DNA of 64,000 nucleotides from the human T2T-CHM13v2.0 reference genome, Homo sapiens, in the NCBI RefSeq assembly GCF_009914755.1, contig NC_060940.1; one strand, written 5' to 3'. Positions 41,046-54,891 of this stretch are shown here, piece after piece. The notes beneath the pieces are model-generated. The model was not told the DNA's origin. It searched no databases and worked only from the letters and a program-made list of their open reading frames with translations. Positions within the stretch are counted from its first letter, which is position 1. Each line of letters starts with the position of its first letter. Position numbers and translations under genes: made by a program.

Positions 41046-43645
41046 CTGTTATTTAATCCCATCTTAACGGCTATGATCAAAGGACATAGTTTCTCTCACA
41101 CATAAAGAAATAACTTGACTTTTTTAAAAAGCTGGCTAGGTGACTAATGAACTATGTCTACCGTGAAGTGGGTATCCTTAGTCAACTGCCAAGGCCTGTT
41201 TGTGCATGTGCTTTTATTTCTGCGTGACAAGCCCTCATTTGGATGCACAGTGAACACACATACCCCTGTGGAAAGATCATTAACTGAGTTGTGGTGGGGC
41301 CCACCGGTGGTCAAACCACATGTTTGTGTGTGCACAGGTGGAAATGATGGTCATTCTGAAAGTGTTCACCTCCTACCACCTTGGGGCTGTGTCTCAAACA
41401 TAGAAGTTCCCTCTCCTGGGTAGTAACCCTCTTGTCTTAATTAAAAAACAAAATCTATACTTGCAGATTGATATCTGCCTATCTATCATCTATCTTCCTC
41501 TGATATATGTGTTTGTGGGTGTGCTTGGTGTGTATGTTTGTGCATGTGCATGCACTTACATATATAAAATGACAAAGAGATACATATTTTCTTATCAGAT
41601 GGCTTTGTCAGGGATCTTGTGAAAAAAAAATAGGCATACACATACAGTTTTTAACCCAGTTATGACCTTCTGCATCAAAATTGGGTTTTGTAGGGTTTGG
41701 TAAATTACATTGCAATCTACTACTCATTCTGACATTAAGTATAAATGAAATTAAACTGTAATGAACAGAAAACACAGCTTTAAAGAAAAAAGAAGACATT
41801 AAAAGAGAGGCTGCTGGACTATATGCCCTTTCTGAATACTGGGGCCTCAGATTTTGTTTCTTTTTAATTTATGTTTGTGCCATTTGAACCCCCCTCCACA
41901 AGCCCCTCCTGGAGCAGCCTGGACAGCCCTTATGAGGTGAGACATCAAGCCCTTCTGATTCACAGCACTGTAGGGCAGTACTACTGCCACAGATAAGTTG
42001 AGCCTAAGCCACATAATTTTAGGATCTACTTTAAAATGAGAGCCCGGGCTTAGAATTTTTCTCCAAATTCTGAACATTATAAGCCAACAATGAGAACAAC
42101 AACAACAGCAACAACAACAGAAATAACCCAAAGCAAATGCCCCCCAGTTCTTTTTGCCCTAATTTTTCACCAATATCAAACTCTTAACTTTCTGAATGTA
42201 CAAAGAGATTCTTATTTTAAATCCAAGAAAGAAATGACCTCTTCAAATTCATAATGAGGTATGCATTGAACGGAACACAGCCCAAGGTGAGTCATTCATT
42301 AATCATAAACAAAACAGCCCCTGATCAAGGACACATAAGCACACACTGTAAAAAGAGGCCAGGTTACCCAATCCCTTTATTTAATATTAACTACATTATG
42401 TTTTTCATGTGAGTTCTGAGAAGGTGATTTTCTCACTTTATTTGTAGCCAGCTCAGTGTGAATGGATAATTACTTCCCTTAATGCTGTTTCCCCTGAAGG
42501 TTAACCCTGTTCAACAAGACACGATTGAATCTTGCCTCTCACGGTTGGGTGGGGCTGGAGTGGGGGGAAGGGTCTGCATCCGTAGCTAAAGACTTTTAGC
42601 TGGAATTCTTCAAGGATGAAAACATTCGCCAACAGGAATATTTCAAATGACATGAATAATATTTGTGATTAATAACAGCTAACCAGAGAAGTACAATCCA
42701 AGAAATACATGATTAGCTTATTACAGACATCTGATGTGCTAATTATCTTCAAAAATTTCATTGCTGATGACTGTTTTGGCAGAAATTTGAGCAAGGGAAG
42801 AGGAAATTTAAACTTTTATGTAAGTTGGAAACAAAGCATTTGGGCAATTGGACTTTAGAAGACCTGGGAATGGTATTTGGTATTTAATTCTGTCTGATGA
42901 GGAGGAAATTAAATAATGAGAATAGAAATCAGTGTGAAGATTGAAACTTGAGTCAACGAGAACTTGGCCGTCATTGTCAGAAGCTCTTCCTTACCTTCCT
43001 TGACAAAAGGCTCCTGGCCCTGAAATGAACGGGTAACATGATGCGGTTTGGCAAGACTTGCCTGGGTGCCAGTCATGGGTGTGTATCACTGCTTGTGGAA
43101 GACCAACAGTTCCCTAAGGATTTGCTTCTCATTCCCAGTGGAGACCTCTGCAGCACCAGCTACTTTCACTGAAGCATCACAGAATATCCTAACACATGGT
43201 AGGGGACCCAGGAGAAAGCCATACAGCTACTTCTGGGAGGAGCCTGGAGTACACACTCTCATTTTACTGATAGAAAAGCTGACTCCCAGAAAGGATGAGC
43301 AAGTTAGCAAAGATTTCAAAAGGATGATTGAATTCAGGCCACAGATAGCCAGCCATCTGCTGTGGGAATAGTGAACTGATATCACAGGGCCATTTGCGTA
43401 ACCACACATGTTCTCTGTCTCACTTTCCAGAAGTTTACAATCAAGAAAGACATTTTGATGTTGATGGCAAACAAAGTAGGCTTAAAACACTCCTCAATTC
43501 AACTGCAAAGAAGGAGAGGCAGACTCTCCAGCAGGGAGACTCCCCATCTCCAGCCCTCCTTTCTGTAGCTTCATTGCCAAGGTGCTCCTTCTTTTGTTTC
43601 TTTCTCTACCATCCCCTAAGCGGATTGGGGTATCTTTGTATTCTA

Positions 43646-43724
43646 TTAAGTAGGTGCAAAAGTAATGCAGGTTATGCCATTACTTTCAATGGCAAAAACT
43701 GCAATTACTTTTGCATCAACCTAA
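43646..43724. mobile_element. MADE1 (Hsmar1-derived MITE)
   Basis: 79-bp palindrome ttaagtaggtgcaaaagtaat...attacttttgcatcaacctaa with a TA TSD on both sides. Confidence 0.95.
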
Positions 43725-44179
43725 TACATTCTGGAAGAAAAGAAGCAGGGGTCACAGCAGGCAACTGCCCGGGGTAGTGATCAAGACCAACGTGCACCTC
43801 CCAGCCTGGACAGGAGTAGTCAGATTTATGATTCTGATCCCCAGAAAACCAGATAATCCGCATTAAGCAAAGGTCCGCAAAACAATGAGTTTATCAGAGC
43901 AAACCAAGAGTTAAAGCAGAATGCTCCACTGAATGCAACTTAAGCCTCATGAGGACTGAGACCTGTGCTACCTTATTTACTGCTCTATCCCCCTTCAGAC
44001 CCCTCACCCACTGATCTAGAACTGGTCTGACCCAGATTAGGCACTTATTTCTAGAAAGAACAACTGATTTGAACATTTTGAGCACCTACGTGGTGCCAGG
44101 CTGCTAGGCAACTATAAAAGAGACAAAACCACTGCCCTCAATGAGTTCTCAGTGAATGCAAACAGAAGAGAAGGTGATG

Positions 44180-44400
44180 AACCCAGTGGACTAGTGGCCA
44201 AGGGAGTGGACTCCTGGTGGCCAGATTAGTTCCTTAACTCTGCCATTTATTGGCTGTGTGACTTTTGACAAGCTAGTTACCATCTCTGATCTTCCATTTT
44301 CTCAAATGGAAAAAGTGGAGAGTAATAATCCTAACATATATAGAGGATTCTGTGAAGGCTATGAAATCACAGACGTACAGATTCAGCACAGAGGGGTAAC
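44180..44400 (+). mobile_element. MIR
   Basis: ctctgccatttattggctgtgtgacttttgacaagctagttaccatctctg...ttttctcaaatgg. Confidence 0.8.
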
Positions 44401-44693
44401 TAGAAACAGAGAAGAAGTCAGCTAAATGACTACTTCAGTTGTCGCCAAAGCTGCAATTGCAGTTGCCTTGTGTGTTGCAGGCAGCTTTGATTGAAAAGTT
44501 AATCAGTAGGCTTGAGTCTCTATCAATAAAAAGGAGAGAGATTGATTTAAATACTTGATGATTCTTTTTAAAAAAGCCCTAAACCCCAAACACCTTAAAA
44601 CATAAGTGATAGTGAATCAAGAGACAATGAAAGATGAATAATGGCATATTTTCATCAGAAAAATACAATTTTCAAGAAGAAAGTGGCCTCAGG

Positions 44694-44963
44694 GACCAGC
44701 CACGGTGGCTTATGCCTGTAATCCCAGCACTTTGGGAGGCCAAAGTGGGAGGGATAATTTGAGCTCAGGAGTTCGAGACCAGCCTGGGCAACACGTCAAA
44801 AGCCTCTGTCTATTGAAAATGCAAAAAATTAGCCAGGTGTAGTGGTATGCACCTGTAATCCCAGCTGCTAGGGAGATTGAGGTGAAAGGGTCACCTGAGG
44901 CTGCAGTGAGCCATGATTGTGTCATTATACTCTAGCATGGGTGACAGATGAGACCCTGTCTAA
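44694..44963 (+). mobile_element. AluJ with a right-arm deletion and almost no A-tail
   Basis: TSD agaaagtggcctcagg (44678) / agaaaatggcttcagg (44964). Confidence 0.88.
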
Positions 44964-45534
44964 AGAAAATGGCTTCAGGAGTGAAAATTCAGTCTTGATG
45001 TGGAACTCTGAGAAGGAAGATGGGTATGAAAGATAGGAGAGTGGCTGATAACTGGTTGGGTGGGTGTTTATGGGTGCAGGATGAGCCAGTGCCTGCCAGA
45101 GCTCCCTGATATCATGTTCACCTCCATCCCACACACCCTACTCTGCCCCAAGGTACTCTGAGGGCTCAGAGGGTGTAGATGAGATACTCTTCTCCTTGGC
45201 CCAATCACATAATGGTGAACAGCTTAAGATGAGCAACAGCTAAGCATTCAGTAGAGAGGAAGAGCTTTGTAGGTGGAAGAGAACTGGCAAGGCTTCCTGG
45301 AGGAGGGGTATTTGCATGGGGTAGTGAAAAATGGGCATTTCAAAGCGAGAAGTATATTGAAGTCATCAAGTTCTTTTTTTTGAAGTCATCAAGTTCAACC
45401 TTTTAGCTGATAATTTGAAAAAAGGATCAACACATCAGGTGGTAAAAAACAGGCAAAGAAATGCAGTGTTATCTCTCAGTTTCCAGTAGGTTCTCAGGAT
45501 AGCTTCATTGGCCTTCAGTAAACTGCTGGTGGTG

Positions 45535-45780
45535 GAATGGTAATAATAATTAGCAGTTAGTAAGTGTTTACCATGGCCAGGCTCCATACCAGGTGCTTTT
45601 CAGGTAGTCTCTTATTTACTTTTCTCAATCACCTTGGGAAGGCACTAATTTAACTGCATCTCTCATTTTATAGATGAGGAAACTGAGCTTCGAGAAGGGA
45701 GAGTAACTAGTCCTGAGTCACACAGTTGGTGAAATGTGGAGCTGTCTTGAAAGTTCATGGGTTCACCTACTGCACTGCTT
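45535..45780 (-). mobile_element. MIR
   Basis: cattttatagatgaggaaactgagcttcgagaagggagagtaactagtcctgagtcacacag. Confidence 0.85.
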
Positions 45781-46119
45781 GAAGAATATTTCGGTGTATT
45801 ACAAATCTGTTCAGAAGCAGAACAGAGAAAACAAAAATCTCCAACAGCGTACACAGCTTATTTGCTAGCAATGTACATGCACATCAAGTGCTTAACACAG
45901 TGCCTGACATGGTAAGTCCTTTCTACATCTTAACAGAGATTTGCTTTTATTAATGAGTTATTTACTTCAGAGTCAAGAAGACAACCGGTACTCAGTAAAT
46001 GGCAGGTGTTGCCATAATGACTGATACGATCAACATATGAGCCCTATTCCCTATCACCTTCCCCTATATAATCAAAGTCCTTGCCACTTTTGGTTTTTCC
46101 CTACCATTTCTAGTACAAA

Positions 46120-46520
46120 ATGCATTTTGGGAGACTCTGTTCCCTTGATTATGCTGTTCTCTTAGCTGGAAGTGTCATTTCTTCATTCTTTGCCCATCTC
46201 ATTCTGCAATGCCCAGCTCAAGAACTGTTATTCTGTGGTGTTTGTCCAGACCTCTTTAATTTCCTTGCCTAATCCTATAAACAGAATGTCTTTATTTCTC
46301 CTTCATGAAGGCTCCAGGCTTTCATTACACTTAGATAAGCACTTATTAATTTTTCTTGCATTATTCTGAGATGTAAACATGACCATTTCCCCCAACTCCA
46401 CTCTGATGTCCTTGAAGTCTGGATGTTATTTGTTAATATTTACTCTCTTTTCATTCTTCATCCTGCCAGCAGCCTCTAGAACTGGGCTCAGCACCTAGTA
46501 GGCACTCAATAGTTGACTTC
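46120..46520 (+). mobile_element. L2 fragment
   Basis: tatgctgttctcttagctggaagtg...cagcacctagtaggcactcaata. Confidence 0.65.
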
Positions 46521-47160
46521 AATTACAGAGAATTTGGGGGAATCCCACTTTAAAACCCATGTGCTTTTTTCAGATGCATTGCTCAATACACTGTTAGCAG
46601 ATATTGAGTCCTTACCAGAAATATACTGTACTCAGAGATCTCAGTCTGCTGTGTAGAGAACAGAGTTTTGATGGTACAGAATAGGCATCAGATAAGTCTT
46701 GAACAGGAATGATTGGCAGGAAGAGAACAAAGAAAACCAACACTGTTTGGGGATTAAAAGCCATGCTGCAGATACCTGCAAATAGGATTGTTGCAATATT
46801 GGCCCCCAAACCACCATTACCATAGAAACTAGAACTAGGGCTGGGTAGGCATTTCCCAACTTGCTGCATGGTGATCCTGAGTAGGTTTGGGCGGGGCACC
46901 TGTTTGGCACCCTCTGAGAACATGCTGTGGTAAACACCGTCCTCATCCCCAGGGAACCTGTCAGTGTCACACATTCTATCAGGCACTTAAGCAACCCCCA
47001 AATCACTACTTTACAAAAGCATCTTTTGATTGATTCATCAGCTACCAAACAGGAAAGACACAGCTGTCACAGTATGGGGAGCAGTAATTAGCAATGGAAG
47101 AAACTCACAGGTTGGAGTTTTGAGATTTGGCATGGAAGATAAAGCCAAAAAAGAGATCTT

Positions 47161-47537
<377 letters not shown>

Positions 47538-47549
47538 TTAGAATAGTAA

Positions 47550-47790
47550 TATTCATAGTGTAATTAACAGATGCTGATTGAGCACTTATTGGTGTTAGGT
47601 GTTTTATGTATATCATTGAATGCTCAAAACAGTCCTATGGAAGAGGAATATTTTTTCCATTTTACAGATGAGGAAATAGGAGTTCAGAGACATTAAACAC
47701 TTCGCTCAAAGTCAAACAGCAAAGAAGTGACACAGGGCTTTAGAAACAGGTCTTTCTGAACCCGATACATGAGTATCTAAACATTTTGAT
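47550..47790 (-). mobile_element. MIR
   Basis: attgagcacttatt...ccattttacagatgaggaaataggagttcagaga. Confidence 0.85.
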
Positions 47791-49029
47791 TTGCTCTGTT
47801 GGGAGGTGGCCGTAGTCCAGGATTTGGTTGTACAAAGTGGAACTTAAGTTTGAGGAGAGATTAAAACTTACTTGGTAAATCCCTGCTTCAAAGTACAACC
47901 TTTTCCTTTTTTCCTTCTCAAGAGTACCTGCTCCTCTCTCCATAGTTAAGCATGCAAATGCATAACATTCTGTCTCAAACTGTTAGGCACTAGGGAATTA
48001 CAGTTTACCCACTGGCCATATTTAATTTTTTCAATGTGTTTTTATTTATTTCTCTGCTTCCGGGATCTTTTTTAGAGTTTTTTTTTCCAAAATGGGAAAA
48101 TTCTTAGTTATTAATCCAGCTAACCTTAGTCAATTATTATTATTGATATGATTATTCTTAATTAGAAACAGGTTTTAGCAGGGTTAAGGGAAATTTTGAA
48201 TAAAAAATGAATAGAGCACATAATCTACCAGCTTGATATAACTTTATTAATGTCTTGTATTTTATTGTGAACAATTAGATCACAGAACTGTATTTTCACA
48301 TAGGTGTTATGTACACAAACATTCTCATATATTTTTCATAGATTTATATAATTTTAATTTTTTTTAAATCAAAACAAAACTTCCGTTTCACTGACTTTCC
48401 TAATTTCCCAAATGATTCTCCATGTCTTTGGATATTTAGGTTGGGTCTACTTTTCCAACATTGTGTTGCTAACAGTGATAAATCTTGCACAAACACTTTT
48501 CTTCCATTTCCTAAGGCAGTAATTTATTTTCCCAGACTACTTTGATGTGTCCTTCCTACCTAATTTTAAAGAGTTGACAAAGGACACTTTAATTTACTGA
48601 CTTCAACTATTTTTAACCATCCTTTGATTCTTTTTACTAAGCCAAACACCACTGGGCACCAAGATGGCGTGATCCTCAAGTCACCATGACTCTTATCCAA
48701 GTAGTGGTGAAAAGCTGCAAAAGGCAAGCATCCCTGCTGGGATTCCTGGGTTTCCGTCATGAACCCAGCTTGCCTGTGAGACCATGTGAGAGCAGGGTGA
48801 GCGCAGTGTGTGTATTAACTGTGGCTTGTGCCACATACTCATGCTACACCAGGTACTGTGCCAAATGGTTTATATGCACCAGCGCCTAGCACAGTGCTCT
48901 ACACATGTCAGTCCTTTGGCCAGTGTGTGCTGAATATTTGCTGTACGATTGCGTTCTCAGAATACCTTCAGAAGTCATTCCCATGATTAGTCCCATTTGA
49001 ACGGCTGAGTAACTTGTACAGTCACATAG

Positions 49030-49369
<340 letters not shown>

Positions 49370-49627
49370 TCACACAGTTAGTAAATGTTGAAGCTAATGG
49401 GATGCAGTTCTGCCTAAACCCAGAGTCCATCACCTTTCTGCGTTTTTTTTTTTTTTGAAAAAAAAAGGGTTAAAGCCTCCTGTCTTTACCATGTCACTGT
49501 GTTGCTCGTGGGTGGAAATGCATCTGCTTATTTATTTTCTTCTCTTTTATCTGATCTAATTTCTGGGAATCCTTAGGAGACCTAAAATAACCTCAAACTC
49601 AAGATTTTATTCTAGTTTTGTCTCAAG

Positions 49628-49933
49628 TTTTTATTTATTTTTGTTTTTTATTTTTATGTTTTGAGACAGAGTCTTGCTCTGTTGCTCAGGCTGGAGTGCA
49701 GTGGCACAATCTCTGCTCACTGCATGCTGGGTTCAAGGGATTCTCCTGCCTCAGCCTTTTGAGCAGCTGGGAATACAGGTGTGAGCCACTATGCCTGACT
49801 AATTTTTTATTTTTAGTAGAGATGGGGTTTCACCATGTTGGCCAGGCTAGTCTTGAACTCCCGACCTCAAGTGATCCACCTGCCTTGGCCTCTAAAATGC
49901 TGGGATTACAGATGTGAGCCACCATGCCTGGCC
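49628..49933 (-). mobile_element. AluSx-like
   Basis: TSD tcaagttttta on both sides. Confidence 0.92.
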
Positions 49934-50261
49934 TCAAGTTTTTAAAGAGACAGTGGGACCAGAGGAACAGGTATATTAAAGTCCTTGATGTGTCTCACCA
50001 ATATCCTAGAGGCAAGCCCAGTACAAATTTGCTCATTTAACAGATGCTTTGGAAGCTGCCATCTGTGCCAGGCATGGAGGTATCAGGATACGTGCACGTG
50101 AGAAACCTCCCATTAATATCTCCTATTAAGGCAGAGCAGAACTGTGCACATAATGAGTTCACAATAATTACTGAGCATGAGGGGTTCGCCCAAGAAAATA
50201 AACAAGGTGCTGAGATATGGATAGCAGGATGGGATGAGGGGGACCTAACTTCCATAGGTTG

Positions 50262-50430
50262 ATCGGTCACTGCTTGCTATCCTGTGGAGCGTAGGGTGTG
50301 CAGCAGTACCCCTAGTCTCTACTCAGGAGTTGCCAGAAGTCTCTGTCCCCTCGGTATGACAATGGAAAATGTTTCTAGACATTGCCAAACGTGCTTCAGG
50401 AGCAAAACTGCCCCGGTTGAGAGCCACTTC
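50262..50430. mobile_element. MER20 fragment
   Basis: gacaatggaaaatgtttctagacattgccaaacgtg...aaaactgccccggttgagagccact. Confidence 0.85.
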
Positions 50431-50759
50431 TCTAGACTTGTAGATCATAACATTTTTGATGTCATGAATAATTTCCAGAATCTGATAAAATCCAGGAAAT
50501 GTATAAAAATAATAACTATTATGGAGTGCTATGTGTCAGGCATTCTGTTCAATGTTTTTCACACATGATCTCATTTAATTTTCATAGCAGTCATATGAGG
50601 AAGGTATTGATTTTTGCTACTTTCTTAAGGGCTAAGATCACACGGCTGAGCCTGGGGTTGAACTTGTGTCACTGTAATCCACAGACATGGATCTCTAGAG
50701 AGCTGTGACTCTCTAGAGCCAGGAACAGGCATGGATTGTCCTCATGGCATCATCAAAAT

Positions 50760-50925
50760 CAGCATATCTCACACTTTAAAGTGCACGTGAATCACCCAGG
50801 GAGCTTGCTGAAACATCAGTGTTAATTCTGCAGGTCTAGGGGGGAGCCCGAGATTCTGCGTTTCCGTAAGCTCTCAGGTGATGCCTATGCTGCTGGTCCA
50901 TGGACCACACATTGAGCACCCAGGG
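50760..50925. mobile_element. MER5A
   Basis: gaatcacccagggagcttgctgaaac...gagattctgcgtttccgtaagctctcaggtgatgcctatgctgctggtccatggaccacac. Confidence 0.88.
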
Positions 50926-52744
50926 CCTGGAGCAGCAGTTCTTACTTAAGCCTTTCTGGGTTACAGATGCAGCCAAGAATCTGGTAAGTTATGGAACTCT
51001 GCCCAGAAAACTGCAATTATGCACATACATCTCCTAAAAGCCCAGGTTAGATCGCAAGCTCTCTCTGGAATCATACATTAGCCCTTGCCAAACAGATGGA
51101 TCTCACCTGTTCCCGCAGATTTCTGATAAAGCAGAATTCCTAATGCCACCTTGGCTTACCCCATTCCATCATCTGGAACACTGGCAGTCCTGGGGTCTTT
51201 GCAGTGCCTAACTGGGGCCTTTTTTGTTGTACTACAAGTCCATTACTTCCATCATTTTCCTAAGCAGAAGTAAACAGCAGCCCGTCAATAAAGAGCATTG
51301 GCCTCAAATCCAACCCACCACTTTCTTATCTTGCCTAAGCTTAGAAAATTCTTCAAGTCCTGTATGGTATCTTTCCATAATAGTACTTCTTCCTACCCAC
51401 TCCCCTCTTCCATGAACAATCATCTACGTAATGCATATGCCATGTGATACAGTTATCAGAAAGCGATGTTACCTGAACATACACATACAAAACAATATGA
51501 GAAGATACTTTGCTAAAATAACAGATAACCTTAAACATTAATAAGTGGAAAATCTGTGAAATCAAAGCATTTTTTTCTTTTTTATATAATAGCCTTTCAT
51601 TCTTTTTATGATTTTGTCTTTGAAAGCTTTTTCTGCAGATGACAGATGATATTGTTCTTCCATCCTGCTTCAGACAGAATTAAGGGAGGAAGGGGGAAAA
51701 AACTATTGTAGAGCCGCTCTGCTCTGCAACATGATTTTTATAATTAATATATACAACTGAGCAGAGAAAGGTACGTTATAATGAAATGCAATTAAGAGGT
51801 GTTTGTTCTTTTCCCACACATGATGACTATAATTTCCTTGGCTGTTTAGAAGTCAACCATTATCATTACATTTTGCACATATCTTTTCTATTTTTTTCTT
51901 TTGCTCCCGAATTTGTTTATTTTTCAATAAAAAACAAACATGGATTTAGAGCATTTGATATTCAGATAACATCATCTTTTAATTATAGTCCTTGGTGATC
52001 ATTAAATCTAACACCTTTTATGGGATTTCTTGCATTGGCATGACTTCCAATTTTTAATTAATGGACCTTTAAAAATAGCTCCAAATAAAACCGTAATTTC
52101 AATTTACAAAAAAGCTTGGGTTGGGCGACAACATTATGTTTTCCTTCCATGTGGAAAGGAACCAATCTGATTTTATAGTTATCTGTCATCTTGGACTTTA
52201 ATTATAACTCTCCCGTACAACCTGACATTTAGTCATGCATGCTGGGCTGCCCTCTCTTCAGGCTCCCCCGTTTTCTTTCCCTTTTTTCCTGATCCTCCCC
52301 AACTTGAATGGAAGAATAAAGGTTGGGAGGATCCACCAGTCACTTGTTAGGGGAGGCTGTGTATGATGGGGTGAAAACAGGCACCTATTCAGATCCTGCT
52401 TCTCATTTTCCCTGGCTGTTTTCATAGCTGGAAGTGTCTGGCAAGTCAGAATCAGCCCAACGGGTGTAACTCATTTGGAATCTCTAAGCTCAAGTGCTGC
52501 GAAACTCGCCTTTGACAGCAGAGACCCACCAACCTGGGAATGTAGAACCATCACCTTGCATACGGGATGCTTAATACAAAGCTGTGGCTGAAAAGAATCC
52601 AGGAACTTTATAGGAATGAACAGAAATAGATACAAATGTTAGGGAATTAAACGACACTAAATGTTAGGGTATAGTTTTTATTCAACATCTTATAAGTATT
52701 TTGAGACTTTAACAGTTCTGGTGGCATTTACTCTTCTTTACTTT

Positions 52745-53060
52745 CTTTCTTTCTTTTTTTTTTTTTTAATTTTTATTTTTTGAGATGAAGTCTCGCTCTG
52801 CTGCCACGCTGGAGTGCAGTGGTGCAATCTCAGCTCACTGCAACCTCTGACTCCCTGGTTCAGGTGATTCTCCTGCCTCAGCCTCCCAAGTAGCTGGGAC
52901 TACAGGCATGCGCCACCATGCCCAGATAATTTTTGTATTTTTAGTAGAGACAGAGTTTTACCATGTTGGCCAGGTTGGTCTCGATCTCCTGACCTTATGA
53001 TCTGCCCACCTTGGCCTCCCAAAGTGCTTGGATTACAGGCATGAGCCACCACGCCTGGCC
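52745..53060 (-). mobile_element. AluSc-like
   Basis: Full dimer with the tctcgatctcctgacc diagnostic. TSD ttctttact. Confidence 0.92.
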
Positions 53061-53155
53061 TTCTTTACTGTATTTCATTTTAAGGGATTATTTAAAACAC
53101 ACATTGCAAAGAATGATTATGGCCTCTAAAGAGCTATGCTTAATATTTCAGAAGT

Positions 53156-53300
53156 TGTCGGGTGTGGTGGCTCATGCCTGTAATCCCAGCACTTTGGGAA
53201 GCCATGGTGGGAGCATCGCTTGAGCCAAGGAGGTTGAGGCTGCAGTGAGCGGTGCACTCCAGCGTCAGTGGCAGAGTGAGACTGTCTCAAAATAAAAACG
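53156..53300 (+). mobile_element. Monomeric Alu (FAM-like, or left/right-arm recombinant AluJ)
   Basis: Left-arm 5' part joined to right-arm 3' part. TSD tatttcagaag at 53144 and 53301. Confidence 0.85.
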
Positions 53301-54586
53301 TATTTCAGAAGCTACTATCAGTGAAGGATACTGCTGGTCCATCTATGAGTATGTCTCTCCTCCCAGGCATGCACAATCAGGAGATACAGGAAGAACACAT
53401 AAAGCAAATATTTCTTTCTTTTATATATTGTGTAAAGTTTTATTAAAGTGGCAATGTTACTAAATATCTTAAATAGCTCTCTCAGCCTGTTAGTAGGAAT
53501 CAAAATATATAGAGAATAAGATGTAAAGGAAAACACTTGGATCCCAAATAAGCACCTTCCTCTACAAACCCAGCTGTTGCCAGTTCAACTTACTGAGCCT
53601 CCTATGTGCCAGATAAAGCACTAAAGGGACACCACGACAAATAAAACAATAATTCCGGTTTTTGAGAAGCACTTTGGGATTGACAGAGACAGCCAAAGCA
53701 GACAGATGTTCTAGCAAAGTAGTGGGAAAGATTTCTCACACCTGGTAGGTGCTGAAATGCTGGGCTCTCTGGCCAATCTTCTGGTTTCAGACTTGCCTCT
53801 GAAAAGCTCCTTCCTTCTTCATGCTAAGGCTGAGTCAGCATTGCCTTGGTTCTGAGTGATCAGCAGTTCCATTTATGAAAGAGCTGCTGGTGAATCCTAG
53901 GGTGAGGGGATCCTAGGCTCCTTTTCCTTATACCCTCTTATTTCCTGATATTTCCCATCAGGGCAAAAAATGGGGAAGAAATGTTAAAATAAGCTGGACC
54001 ACATTCCCCTGCTCTGAAAACTTTTGCTTCCAATTGTAGGAACAATTTCCTTTCAACCAGGAGTAAAGTCTTCTTAGCAACTAAGTTATGATTTAATTAA
54101 CTTTTCCTTTACACTTTTACAACCTGCTTCAGCCAGGTCTTTTTTTTTTTTTTTCTGGCTATTGCAAAACACTGTTTGAAACTAAAAAGATTTTACAGGT
54201 ATTTGTGTGGTGGGCTGTTCCCTTAGGCTTTTCCATTTGTTTCTCCTAGGGGTCTGTCTGCCTGGCTCAGCACCTACCCTGCCAGGAGGTGTCGGGCATG
54301 TGACCTACTGATGTCCTGCCAGCCTTGGTCCTCAGCTGCGTGGCTGTATGAGCACTGAAGGGTGTTTGGGGCCATTCCCTTTCTTCTTTCCTTTGTTCAA
54401 TTAGGGAGCCATGAGCAGGGGTTATGTTTGGACTTGATTTTCCTAGTAATTTTCCAAGTAACTTTCAGAGTGCCTTGACCTCTCTTCCCTTGATTGTCAA
54501 ATGAGACAGGTGAGAAAAAGAAAAAGTCAGTGAGACAATGCATTCCAAAGAAGGGAGTGTGGCCTCCTGGTTAAGAATCCAGGTCA

Positions 54587-54891
54587 GTCCAGGCACGGTA
54601 GCTCACGCCTGTAATCCCAGCGCTTTGGAAGGTCGAGGTGAGCAAATCAGTTGAGGTCAGGAGTTTGAGGCCAGCCTGGCCAACATGGTGAAACGCCATC
54701 TCTACTAAAAATACAAAAATTAGCAGGGCATGGTAGTGGGTGCCTCTAATCCCAGCTACTCGGGAGCCTGAGGCGGGAGAATGGCTTGAATCTGGGGGTG
54801 GAGATTGCAGTGAGCTGAGACTGCACCATTGCACTCCAGGCTGGGCAACAAAGTGAGACTCCATCTTAAAAAAAAAAAAAAAAAAAGGAAA
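54587..54891 (+). mobile_element. AluSx-like inserted in a MIR
   Basis: TSD aagaatccaggtca/aaaaatccaagtta. The MIR continues at 54900-55008 and 57857-57960. Confidence 0.92.

Noticed and set aside
46612-47048. Two overlapping minus-strand ORFs of 124 and 135 aa in unique sequence
   Set aside because: No homology I recognise and no supporting exon structure. The lengths are compatible with chance.
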